The translations under genes were made by a program, and so were the position numbers. Shown here in pieces: positions 26,842 through 37,895 of a stretch of 64,000 nt of DNA (the stretch's first letter is position 1; every line of letters begins with the position of its first letter). The notes under the pieces are model-generated. The model saw nothing but the letters and a program-made list of their open reading frames with translations. It was not told the DNA's origin and made no database searches. This DNA comes from Dendrobates tinctorius (Eukaryota). Location: assembly GCF_039654945.1 (NCBI RefSeq), contig NW_027361804.1:2232001-2296000 (forward strand), in the 5' to 3' direction.

Positions 26842-27203
26842 AAAATGAGGATGTGAACTGAGGCCAAAGCACAGAAGTGGTCGGCGGCTGGAGGGAAGGT
26901 CCATGTGCCTTACATCCCCCGGCCGAGGTTGCACGGCGACTGTGGCCGAGACACAGATCACGGTTTGCTGCTGCTACATCACAGCACAGTGCAAGGAGCG
27001 AAGTCACAATGTAACCAGCGACGTACAGCGAGACGCACATCCTGAGGGATTCACGTCGCTCGTCCTCTGCACTTACTGCTCTGTGATGTAGCAGCGGCAA
27101 ACTGAAACCTGTTGGCCAAAGTCACCGCGTAGCCCCGGCCCAACTGCATTATGGTAAAAGGCAAAAATCGCCTGACGATTGTCTGCAGGGGCGAGAGATT
27201 GGT

Positions 27204-27209
27204 AATAAA
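27204..27209 (+). terminator. Probable ETFRF1 polyadenylation signal
   Basis: First AATAAA downstream of the stop codon, giving a ~380-nt 3' UTR. Confidence 0.6.
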
Positions 27210-27424
27210 GCGCAATCACTGCACCCCGAGGTCTCGGCTCCCACTATTCGTCTGCTTGCTGTCAGTGATTCCAATTATTTACATTCAGAGGGCTGAGCAC
27301 ATCCTAATACTAAATGTGTAAATTGCCTCTTTGGAGAGGAAGACTACGAGAATAGCGCCACCTGATGGAAGTAGCAATCCTAAAAGTCAATATCGACCCT
27401 CATCACGTGCGTTAGTATAAAAGT

Positions 27425-27502
27425 CAAATCAGAATCTCAATTTGGAGACACGGTGTTTCGGGGTATTGGCCCTCATCAGTGCAAAGCATGAGATCTGATT
27501 TG
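27425..27502 (-). ncRNA. Type I hammerhead ribozyme motif (retrozyme/Penelope-like repeat)
   Basis: Minus strand CAAAUCAGAUCUCAUGCUUUGCA-CUGAUGA-GGGCCAAUACCCC-GAAA-CACCGUG-UC-UCCAAAUUGAGAUUCUGAUUUG. All core residues are present, with a GUC cleavage triplet (cut between 27447 and 27446) and helices I, II and III formable. Confidence 0.85.
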
Positions 27503-27582
27503 GCTAGGAGACCTAATACTGCAAACTTGTTACAATGTATCAGTGGTGGACATCTCTCCTGTGTGCAGCTTGTTACAATATA

Positions 27583-28862
27583 CAGTTATGCTCAAAAGTT
27601 TACATACCCCAGCAGAATTTTTGCTTTCTTGGCCTTTTTTTTCAGAGAATATGAATGTTAACACCAAAACTTTTCCTCCACTCATGGTTAGTGATTGGGT
27701 GAAGCCATTTATTGTCAAACTATTGTGTTTTCTCTTTATAAACCATAATGACAACTCAAGACATCCAAATGACCCTGATCAAAAGTTCACATATACCCTG
27801 GTGATTTTTGCCTGATAACATGCACAGAAGTTGACACACATGGGTGTGAATGGCTACTAAAGGTAACATCCTCACCTGTGACCTGTTTGCTTGTAATCAG
27901 TGTGTGTGCGCATAAAAGCTGAGTGAGTTTCTGGGATCCAGACAGACTCTTGCATCTTTCATCCAGCCACTGATGTTTCATTGTGAGTCATGGGGAAAGC
28001 AAAAGAAGTCACCGGATCTACGGGAATAGGTAGTTGAACTGTATAAAACAGGAAAGGGATACAAAAAGATATCCAAGGAACTGATAATCACAGTTTGAAC
28101 GCTGCTGACTGGCATTAACAAATGGAAAATCAGGGGCTCTATAAAAACAAAACCACGGTCAGGTAGATCAACAAAAATGTCGCCAACAACTGCCAGGAAA
28201 ACTGTTCGGGATGCAAAGAAAAACCCACAAATAACATCAGCTGAAATACTGGACTCTCTGAAAACTAGCGGTGTGGCTGTTTCAAGATGCACAATAAGGA
28301 GGCACTTGAAGAAAAATGGGCTGCATGGTCGAGTCACCAGAAGAAAGCCATTACTGCGGAAATGATACAAAGTATCTCACCTACAAAACAGCACAGAGAC
28401 AAGCCTCAAAACTTCTGGAACAAGGTCATTTGGAGTGATGAGACCAAAATTGAACTTTTTAGCCACAACCATAAACGTTACACTTGGAGAGAGGTCGACA
28501 AGGCCTATGATGAAAGGAACACCATTCCTACTGTAAAGCATGGAGGTGGATCACTGATGTTTTGGGGATGTGAGCTACAAGGCACAGGAAACTTGGTCAA
28601 AGTTGAAGGAAAGATGAATGCAGCACGTTATCAAATACTGGACGCAAATTTACAATCATCAGCCCAGAAGCTGCGCATGGGACGTACTTGGACGTTCCAA
28701 CATGATGATCCAAAACACAAGGCCAAGTCGACCTGTCATTGGCTACAGCAGAACAAAGTGAAGATTGTGGAGTGGCCATCTAAGTCTCCTGACCTCAAGC
28801 TGGGGAGATCTCAAGCGCGCAGTTCATGATAGACAGCCCAGGAATTTACTGGAACTGGAGGC
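27583..28862 (+). mobile_element. Tc1-like transposon, 3'-truncated, with a frameshifted transposase pseudogene
   Basis: TA|CAGTTATGCTCAAAAGTTTACATACC terminus with inner DR near 27780. ATG 27990 (MGKAKE). Fragments KNPQIT, WSDETKIELF, KHGGGSLMFWGC, FQHDDPKH, EWPSKSPDL. Confidence 0.93.
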
Positions 28863-28998
28863 TATGATTTCATGTACACAGAGATAAGATAATATAATCA
28901 TAAGCCATATGTACATAGCCTAAGTGTAAAAAAAAAAAAAAAAGGGCACCAAAGATTCAAATGGAGACAGAAGGGTACGTGTGTCTCTTTAAGAGTAT

Positions 28999-29230
28999 GG
29001 CCTGTTTCACACATCCGTTTTTTTGACGTCCACCAAAGTGTGAAAACACGGATCCGTTTCCGTTTTGCCACAAACGGATGCTACCGGATCCATTTTTTGG
29101 ACGGATCCGCTTTAGCCACTAATGAAGTCTATGGGGAAAAAAACGGATCCACCATAAAAATGGCGGATCCGTTTTTTTCCAAAACAGCCGATTTTGATGG
29201 ACGTCAAAAAACGGATGTGTGAAACAGGCC
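28999..29230. mobile_element. Palindromic Harbinger-type MITE
   Basis: TIRs GGCCTGTTTCACACATCCGTTTTTT(T)GACGTCCA ... TGGACGTCAAAAAACGGATGTGTGAAACAGGCC, with internal CGGATCCG palindromes. Confidence 0.88.
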
Positions 29231-29811
29231 TAAATGAAATGGGATGTCAGCACGTCATATGCCCTAAGCCTAGTTATGATAAAAGGGCAGAAAGGATCCA
29301 TAGAGCCATGAATGCAGTGGCACTAGGTATAGGATAGAAATAAAGTGCATGTGCAATGGACATATTCAATTGTGAAACTAAAGTGGGTGATCTAATCATA
29401 ATGGAAAAATACATATGTCCATAATGATGGTGGGAAAACCTAAACGCAGTGCAGAGACTAGGTACAATAGGAGTACAGAATGACAGGTATGGCCAAAAAT
29501 GCTTAGTAAAGCTAGTAGATGCTGTAAGGGGCAAATACCTGTGTGGTCTGGGTGGTACTAGCAGGAACCCACCCCGACGCACGTTTCGGATCAAGTCTTT
29601 GGTGGGGGGGAGGTACGCACTTTGTGTCAGTAACACAGTGTGGTCTTATCTGTTGCTTTCCTTTTTTGTCTTCAATACATTTTGTACACTATCACCTATT
29701 GGTTTGTACGTCTATTTGACCACACAGTTCGTTTTTTTCCTTCGGTTTTCCCATCCAGCCTTTAGCACAGAGAATCAGCACCACCGTCACGGCCACTGTC
29801 ACCAGAAGTTA

Positions 29812-29817
29812 TTTATT
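29812..29817 (-). terminator. KRAS: KRAS distal polyadenylation signal
   Basis: Minus strand ...TTTTGTCATTAACTGTAACGCTCCTATTTATTGTAACGT-AATAAA... closely resembles the recalled terminal block of the mammalian KRAS 3' UTR. Confidence 0.75.
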
Positions 29818-31249
29818 ACGTTACAATAAATAGGAGCGTTACAGTTAATGACAAAATAAAACGACGTCCACGGAACAAACTCCTATAAAACCCTACAAAC
29901 AGTGGTCATTGTCTGGCTGTAGTCCCGTCATGACAACACGCGGCGGCCACAAAGTATGAAAACACACTCAGATAATAAAAAGCACAAATGTACAAAATGT
30001 GCACGTTCTATACAAAAATAGTTCAATACATTCCAAGAAAATGGAGTCTGGGATCTCCAGGGGGGGGGGATGAGCGAGACACAGCGAAACGCACAGCTGG
30101 GGAGGGGAGACAGCGTGTTATTACAGTCACCCTACAACGTATCACCCGGCAGCTACGTCCTTGCGTTCAGAGCCAGAAATGCCAATATTTACCGTAATCC
30201 ACGGTGACAAACATCAGCCATTGGTAGATTAGTGCCCCCAACTCATTAAGTTATTGGATTAACAGGCTAATAAAGGACATGTGAAAAAAACCAAAGTTTA
30301 CTGTGCCTTTAACTCAAGCCCCCGCCCTCCAGAGACTCCACCCACTATATGATCTGTGATCGTCATTCAATGCCTGATCACATCCTTCCTTTCAGTTTAT
30401 GATCATTCTGCACCTGCTGTAATGTGATCAGCTCTCGATGTACTGGTGAGAAGGGCTGCAGTGTAAAGGATGGTGGGCTACACACTTCCTGTATAAAGAA
30501 GTGCTGCAGTGTAAAGTATAGAGAGAAATAGCCTATTGGAAGAGCTCAGCGACTGCTGGCCAGAGACTGCGCTGGCACAACGCTGGTGAGCCGCCATCAT
30601 GAAGATTAGCTACAGCTGGTGAGCATCGCCCGGAGCTGGGCCGCATGTACTGATGACTTTCCCTTTAAGAGGATGTGCTCAGTCATACTTACAGTGAGGT
30701 AGATGCAGACCCCCGGCTACAGTTCAGGAGCCTGTGGTAGTCAGGACATGCTGGGAGTTGTAGTTTTGCACCCTGGATGCAACAGTGTATACAGGGCAGA
30801 CGATCCCATTCATCCCACAGCGAGTCGGCCCCCGGCGGAGCGCAGCACACACAGCTGATAATGGCACCAAATGTGATCATAACGATGGGGGGCTCATCTT
30901 CCCGACTCCCAGCCTCCTCTACAGAAAATGGCGGGGAGCGTTGTCCTATATCTGGCTACACTCAGTGGCACAAGTCTAAGTACCTGCCGGGAGGGGAGGA
31001 AAGAGGCGCAACATCAACAGCACAGATCATGGAAGACTTGATTGACCGGACCCCCCGCCCCCACCCAAAAAAGAAATCTCAGCGACCAATGTACCACCAT
31101 GACGCATGCAGCCGGGCATAACGAAGTGCTGCCGCTGGTGACCCGACCGCATGGATGTAAGATTATATCATAGACGTATCAAGATGCTCAGGATCATACA
31201 TAATGCAGAGCGAAAGTCTCTCCTACACTGCTGTCTTTGTAATTGTATT

Positions 31250-31720
31250 ATCCCCCAGAGCTGCGCTCCCTATTCTGCTGAAGTTACCGTATGCATACAT
31301 TTATCCTGTATTAAACACCAGAGCTGCGCTCACTTTCTGTTGATGGAGTCCCTGTGTAAATACATTACATTAATGATCCTGTATTATGCTGCAGAGCTGC
31401 ACTCGCTATTGTGCTGGTGGATTCACTGTGTACATACATTACTGATCCTGAGTTACCTCCTGTATTATACCCCAGAGCTGCACTCACTATTCTGCTGGTG
31501 AAGTCACTGTGTACATACATTACTGATCCTGAGTTACCTCCTGTATTATACTCCAGAGCTGCACTCACTATTATGCTGGTGCAGTCACTGTGTACATGCA
31601 TTACTGATCCTGTATTTTACTGCAGAGCTGCACTCAGTGACTTCACCAGCAGAAGACTATGTACAGGATAACGTATGGACACCAGCAGAAATAATGAGTG
31701 CAGCTCTGGAGCATATAATA
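31250..31720. repeat. Dispersed ~81-bp-unit repeat with an inverted copy, inside the KRAS 3' UTR
   Basis: CAGAGCTGC(A)CTCAC motif at ~31256, 31319, 31392, 31473, 31554 and 31623; reverse-complement copy at 31681-31720. A fragment of the same family sits in the KRAS intron at ~38323-38353. Confidence 0.85.
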
Positions 31721-32215
31721 GGGTCAATAATGGATACCCAACCGTCAAACCAAAGCTGTGACTTTTGTAGGAGTGGAGTGTTGCCATCCTGCATAAATCC
31801 CGAGGCTTCAATCATCGCCGTTAGCACCGCGGTGTCACATTGTGGGTACAGGGGGAGGGTGAGGAGCACATTTAGTAAAGTTATAAAGTCACCAATGCAG
31901 CTGTAGTGGTGGCGTGCAGGGAACTGATGGAGCACTACAAGTCCCAGACGTCTCGTGCAATGAGCCCCCAAGCGGAGATGGCATCTACATCATGTGATAT
32001 AAAGTCTTGGTTCAGTCCATCTCGGGTGTGAAGCTGGAGGGCGAGCAGAGCGCCACCCGGTACATGCACAGACGTCTTCTACCGCCACCGCCCGGACACC
32101 ATGATGCTGGCACGATGGGCACAGGGGGCAGCGCCAGAAGTGGGGGGAGACCAGATGCTAATAATTTAGTGTATAATGTACAAGGTGGGCACGGAGGGGA
32201 CGCAGCGGACCCCGA

Positions 32216-32332
32216 TCACAGGATGAGACACTTGGACTTGTTTTTTTTCTTCTTCTTTTTGCCCTCTTTGCTCATCTTCTCTTTGTGCTTGCGGATTTCT
32301 CGTACTAATGTGTAGAAAGCATCGTCCACCCC
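32216..32332 (-). CDS. KRAS: KRAS exon 4B (K-Ras4B C-terminus, codons 151-188)
   Basis: Acceptor TTTTTCAG|GGG; reads [38 protein letters not shown]; hexalysine polybasic tract plus CAAX box. Confidence 0.98.
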   Translation of the reverse strand, partial: GVDDAFYTLVREIRKHKEKMSKEGKKKKKKNKSKCLIL

Positions 32333-32791
32333 CTGAAAAAAGGCAGAAAAAAAAAAAAAAAAAAAGAGAGGCTGGTCAGCAAAAGGCAAAAACCAGAGAC
32401 CCCCAGCTCGTATATGGATGAAGACAGAAAGCATCTTAAAAGGGGTTGTGCCACGGCGGGTTGTTCTGCACAAAGTTAAGCCCAAAGCCCACTGTCCTAG
32501 CACAGCACCGGGTAGCAGAAAAGTATCCAGTCATTAAAGGGATAGTCCGAGATTCGAAGAAACATGGCTGCCTTCTTCCAGGAACTGCGCCACCCCGTCC
32601 TTGGGTCTTGCAGCTGGGTAAGAGTACGGAGCTGCATTACCACATAGACCCTGTGGACAGGGATGGCGCCACTACATGCAGAAGGCAGCCCCCGAAATCT
32701 GTGTGTGATGTTACTGGGTACGACAGCCAAGGACCGGCCGCCGCAGCCCCCAACGACCTCCCCGCACCCCCAGATGTAGACACTTACCGGC

Positions 32792-32911
32792 TCACATTAC
32801 AAGGCATTTTTTTATTTTCACGCAGCCGGGCGTCTTTTCTTCTTTGCTGATCTTTTTCAATCTGTATTGTCGGATTTCTCTCACCAAAGTATAAAAAGCA
32901 TCCTCCACTCT
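32792..32911 (-). CDS. KRAS: KRAS alternative exon 4A (K-Ras4A C-terminus, codons 151-189); not shown in the ORF track
   Basis: Acceptor TTTTACAATGCAG|AGA; reads [39 protein letters not shown]; donor G|GTAAGT at 32788/32787, giving a 124-nt exon. Confidence 0.97.
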   Translation of the reverse strand, partial: RVEDAFYTLVREIRQYRLKKISKEEKTPGCVKIKKCLVM

Positions 32912-33368
32912 CTGCATTGTAAAACACAACTCTTATCACTCACATGGGGGCACCGGTCCCACCCCGGGGGGGCCGCCGTACTGGACGGCACCCTGCTTCC
33001 CTAGGTGGAAATACAATCCTGAGGTCAGGGGGAGTCAGGCCGTGTCTGAGCGGCAGCGCCCTCTGTGGACAATCTCCGGTGTGTAGAAAGTTTCATCCCA
33101 GCAGAATGGAAACTTCTGCAACTTTCTCCTATGCATCACTGCAGCTGAAGTGGGGGGGAGGAGATAGAAGTGGTGATAAACAGCTTTCATCTTGGCCCCT
33201 GGGGCCCCGGCTGTGTCTGACAACTGGGGACCTGCTATACCGCAGGAGCTTTAACTCCACGCTGTGGACTGACAGCGCTTGGTCATCACCTGTTAACATT
33301 TCATATGTAATGTTCTACCGTCCTCAGAAGGGATCTCGCACCCGCTGGGTGGCTGCAGAGATCACGTA

Positions 33369-34445
33369 CTGTGACATGGAAAAGTTTGTGCACTCCTGGT
33401 CAAAAGTAATGTTATTGTGAACAGTTAAGCAAGTTGAAAATGAAATGATCTAAAAAGGCCTAAAGTTACAGATGACACACTAAAAATTACAAAAATGAAA
33501 ATGAGCCACTGCAAAAGTTTCTGTACCCTACATGGATAGTACCTACTGGTGAAGCACCACCTTTTGCAAGGATCACAGCTTGTAAACACTTTTTTTAGCC
33601 AGACGAGAGTCTTCCTATTCTTGTTTGCAGGATTTTCCTCTGTTCTTCCTTGGAGAATTCCTCCCGTTCTGTGAGATTCCTGGGGCGTCCGCCATCCTCT
33701 ATTTTGAGGTCTAGCCACAGATTTTCAATGATGCTCAGATCAGGGGACTGTGAGGGCCATTGTAAAACCTTCATCTTGCACCTTTTGCGGTCATCTATTG
33801 TGGATTTTGATGTGTGTTCATGTGTAGCAGCCATCCTCATTTCACCTTCAGCTTTTTTACAACTGGTGTTATGTTTGCATCAAGAATTTGGTGAAATTTC
33901 ATTGAATCCATTCTTCCCTCGACCCGTGAAATGTTTCCAGTGCCATTAGCTACAAAACAACCCCAACCCATGATTGGTCCTCCTCCATGCTTAATGGTAG
34001 GTGAGATGTTCTTTTCCTGAAATTCTGTGCCTTTTTTCTCCACACATACCTTTGATCATTGTGGCCACAGATTTAATTTTATCCTCATCGTCCACAGGAC
34101 TTTGTGGACCTCCACCATTTTCAGAATGCTCGGCAGCTGTTTTTGGCACAAGGTTAGAGGAGGCTGGGTTTTTATGAAGTTGGAAATTTGCCTTTCCTAA
34201 TAACAATGAACAAGCCATAACCCTAACAGGCTAATTAAGGTCTGAAACATTGATCAGAGTTATCAAGGCATGTAAGTCTCCAAGGGTGCCTAAACTTTTG
34301 CATTGGTCCATTTTGTAATTGTTAAATAGGTAAAAGATATATATTTTTGCCTTAAAAACAAAGGAAATGTGTCAGTTCATGTTCAACTTCCTTAACGGTT
34401 CACAATAATTTTGACCATGGGTACCCAAACTTTTACATGCCACTG
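33369..34445 (-). mobile_element. Internally deleted Tc1-like transposon in a KRAS intron
   Basis: TA-flanked termini (C(T)GTGACATGGAAAAGTTTG ... CAAACTTTTACATGCCACTG|TA). Minus-strand fragments KHGGGPIMGWGCF and VLQWPSQSPDLSIIENLW. Confidence 0.9.
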
Positions 34446-35429
34446 TAGATTACGGACTACGTTGGAAAGTTGCATAAGTTTTCCTTGTGCAGTGCTGAAG
34501 CTCTGATGCAGCAGTCACCCATGTGCATGGCCGCTTGTGTCAGGAGGGTCCAGTGATAATTACGAGGTTGCTGGAGATTCGATGACTTTGGATCATTGAG
34601 AAGCAGAGTGTTTTATCAATGCAGAGAGAAGAGCAGAAGAAAAGACCAAACACCATGAGCTGCGATCAGATCACCCCAGCGAATTATTGGAGGTGCAGCC
34701 AAAGCAGATCATCATTATACAAGAATGCAGAGCCCACCGTTGTGTCACCTCCGAGGCTGGAGCCCCCCAAAAGTGAAGAGCCCCCTGCCATCTGGATTAA
34801 GCCCCACACGTAGGTACCCACCAGTGAGAGGCTGGGCCTCCTGAGTTATGATTAGACAGTCATGCAATCAGTAGCAAGGATCACTGTTGTCACCCCGATT
34901 ATTCCCATGAGCGGTCACAATGATAAAGAAACAGATCAGTTATGAACTTGGTAAAGGAAAAATCCACCTGAACCGCTCAGCTTTGTGCCCTGAGCGTGAC
35001 AAGAGAGGTATCAAGGGGTCTGGCTGCCTGCTTACTTTAACAGATGAGCCATCTTCCTCCTCCTGCGTCACCGCTGATGTAAAGAGGAGGCTGGCTTATC
35101 TAGTGAAGTCAGCTGCCCGGTATTTGTTTTTATGCCAGGAAGACCCTTTTAAAGAGGGAGTGCAGACCCTCAGTAGTATGCATCAAGCTCCTGCTTCCCC
35201 TTGCATCCAGTTTCTGAGACCCCAGCTGCCCCGGGTGAGTGGTGGATTCCTCCTTTAAAAGTGAGCCACAAAAACACAACACTGAGAATAGAATTTATTG
35301 AGAGAAAAAGTGAGAAGGGCCCCAGAGCAGAAATCACAGAACGGAAACGGAGGGTAGATGCATCTGCACAGAAGTGACCTCCAGAGTGAGGAGCACTGAC
35401 CCCCCACTCATTACATGTCAGGAGACAAG

Positions 35430-36047
35430 CAGGGCTGTGGAGTCAGAGTCGGTGCTCATTTTGGTGGAGTCGGAGTTGGAGTCGGTATAAAATGGAGCGA
35501 CTCCGACTCCTAAAATATATAATAAATTGGGTACAGTAATTCAATGCAGGATGTGCTGAATATTTTTTCATAGGAGTTTGGGAAAGTTATGAAATGTCCT
35601 ATAAAGGGCTGTTCTATTCCTGATCTAAGGCTACATTCACACACAGCGTTTTTCCTGTGTTTTTTGAGGATACGTTTTTCAGCTGCAAAAGCTGATCATC
35701 TTTTTAAAAAACCGCATCACCTGAAAGGTTTTTGAGCTCATAGATAATGTTTTCAATAGCAAAAGCAGATTAGAAATCTGCTCTATCTATCCATATCTGT
35801 CTATCCATATCGTATCTGTACCAAAAAGAATGAAAACCGGGTAGTACACCAATATATATTCTGTTCTATCTAAATGTCTTGATTATTGTATCATAGAAAT
35901 GATTAAATGTCTGAGGTTCACATTGCACTACAATACATTTTTCACTTAAATATAAGCAATATGTGTGGGAGTCGGAGTCGTGGAGTCGGTGTAAGGGAAA
36001 TTGAGGAGTCAGAGTCGCAGGTTTGGCTTACCGACTCCACAGCCCTG
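35430..36047. mobile_element. Non-autonomous hAT element
   Basis: TIRs CAGGGCTGTGGAGTC ... GACTCCACAGCCCTG; perfect 8-bp TSD GAGACAAG (35422-35429 and 36048-36055); subterminal GGAGTC repeats. Confidence 0.92.
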
Positions 36048-37628
36048 GAGACAAGTGTCTAAAAAGGCTGCGCGGCCCTCCTCTGTAAGGTGCACGAATA
36101 CAATACTACTCCGTAGTAGTATGAAAGACAGATTAGGCACTCCGATTTTGAATGCAGATAATAAAAAATACTTTGTCAATACAGGTACATCCAGTGCCGT
36201 GCAGTGGACATGGCAGTGCATTACTGCAGCGCCATCCGAGACCGGATCCAGGAAGATTACACTGCTCAGCTGAAAATGACCTGTATGTCTTCTAATCTCG
36301 ATGGCGATACAATTTCCGATGAAGGCCTAGTTGTTGGCCAAAACATCATACGTTTTCCATACAGTGGATATATCTGTATTAGAGTATTTTTTTATTTTCT
36401 GCATTCAAAGTCGGAATGCTGAATCTATTTTTCATATCGGCAGCCGATATCACACAGGGAAGTCGGAGCCTTCTGGGGGGGGGGGGGCAAAGTGTTCTGT
36501 CAGGGCCAAAGCGAATACAACATAGAGGGGATTGCAGCTCTGACCAAACTCAAATGTTAAAGCAGCAGGGAAACCTGATAGTAAGCGTTTAAGGCCCCAA
36601 TACAGCAAGGACATGGCAGGAGGCTGCCATGAATAAGAGGCAGGAGAAAGACCACCCTCCTGCATAATGCCAATCAACAGCAAACAGAGATGTTGAAACA
36701 CAGGGCCGTTACATAGGGCTGGACTATATAAGGGAGCATGGTAAACTCTACCCCTCTTACACTCAGTTTCAGGGGGTGCCATATTGTAGTGTCCCCCCCC
36801 CCCCCCCAACCCGGTCCATCCCAGCTACGTTGGCCAGACCCTTTAGCTCCTCTGGCAGATACAGTCTCTGATCGTCCATCGGTAACCTGCACAGGGTCAG
36901 TACGGGCGAGTGATCATTACCCAGTGACTATCTTCCCCTGGGCCAGCGGCCGCCCCGTGCACAGTTATCAGTTCGCTCCAATCATTAATGAGGACGCTGG
37001 ATTATCAGTCACACATTAACCGAGATATCAGGACACCGAGGAGATGTGCGGGGAAAACAGTTGGGAAATCTTAGGATTTTCTGGGGCCAGTCACCACAAG
37101 GAGAGCCACCCATTACCCTGAGCCCAGACCTATCTTCATCTTTTGAAGACCCTGCATGTCCCGCACTGCAATGGATGTCTCCCCCAATATACCAGGAGAC
37201 TACAGGGGAATATAGCAACAGGATCCGCCGCAGTCTGCCACATATGGGGAGACGATGTCCAGTAAGGGCCCCAGCAGAGCACCAGACCCCTATCGCTAAA
37301 ATGGCAGGACAGGAGCGCCCAGCGGAGCTTTGTTCTCCGCAGAGACTGAGGACCGGTTTGATAAAACGTCTGTCGAGTCAGTCTGCAGCTTTTGCCCCTC
37401 TGTAAGTCTAGTGGGGGATCTCTGCACCTCCACTTAGCAAAACCACAAGCAGAGAAGGAAAAACGAGGTCCAATAGAAAGTGCTTCCAATGCATCATATA
37501 AACAATCCCACCTTCACTGATCAGATTCCCACATTGTGTACACAGCTCCCATGCAGACTGATTTATCCCAGGATTTGCAGATACAGACGTGCTGAGGGTC
37601 AGATGCATAGCACACATTGCGAGTGTCA

Positions 37629-37895
<267 letters not shown>

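Noticed and set aside
27990-28862. Functional Tc1 transposase (also the copies at 33.4-34.4, 51.2-52.5 and 61.1-64 kb)
   Set aside because: All have frameshifts, stop codons, deletions or insertions; none is intact.
29574-29610. Hammerhead-like CCGAAACGTGCGTC on the minus strand just past the KRAS poly(A) site
   Set aside because: No CUGANGA core is present upstream; it is at best a decayed Penelope-type relic.
30747-30763. ZNF143-like motif CATGCTGGGAGTTGTAG in the KRAS 3' UTR
   Set aside because: It has no promoter context and probably belongs to a dispersed repeat. This also weakens the same motif at 23313 somewhat.
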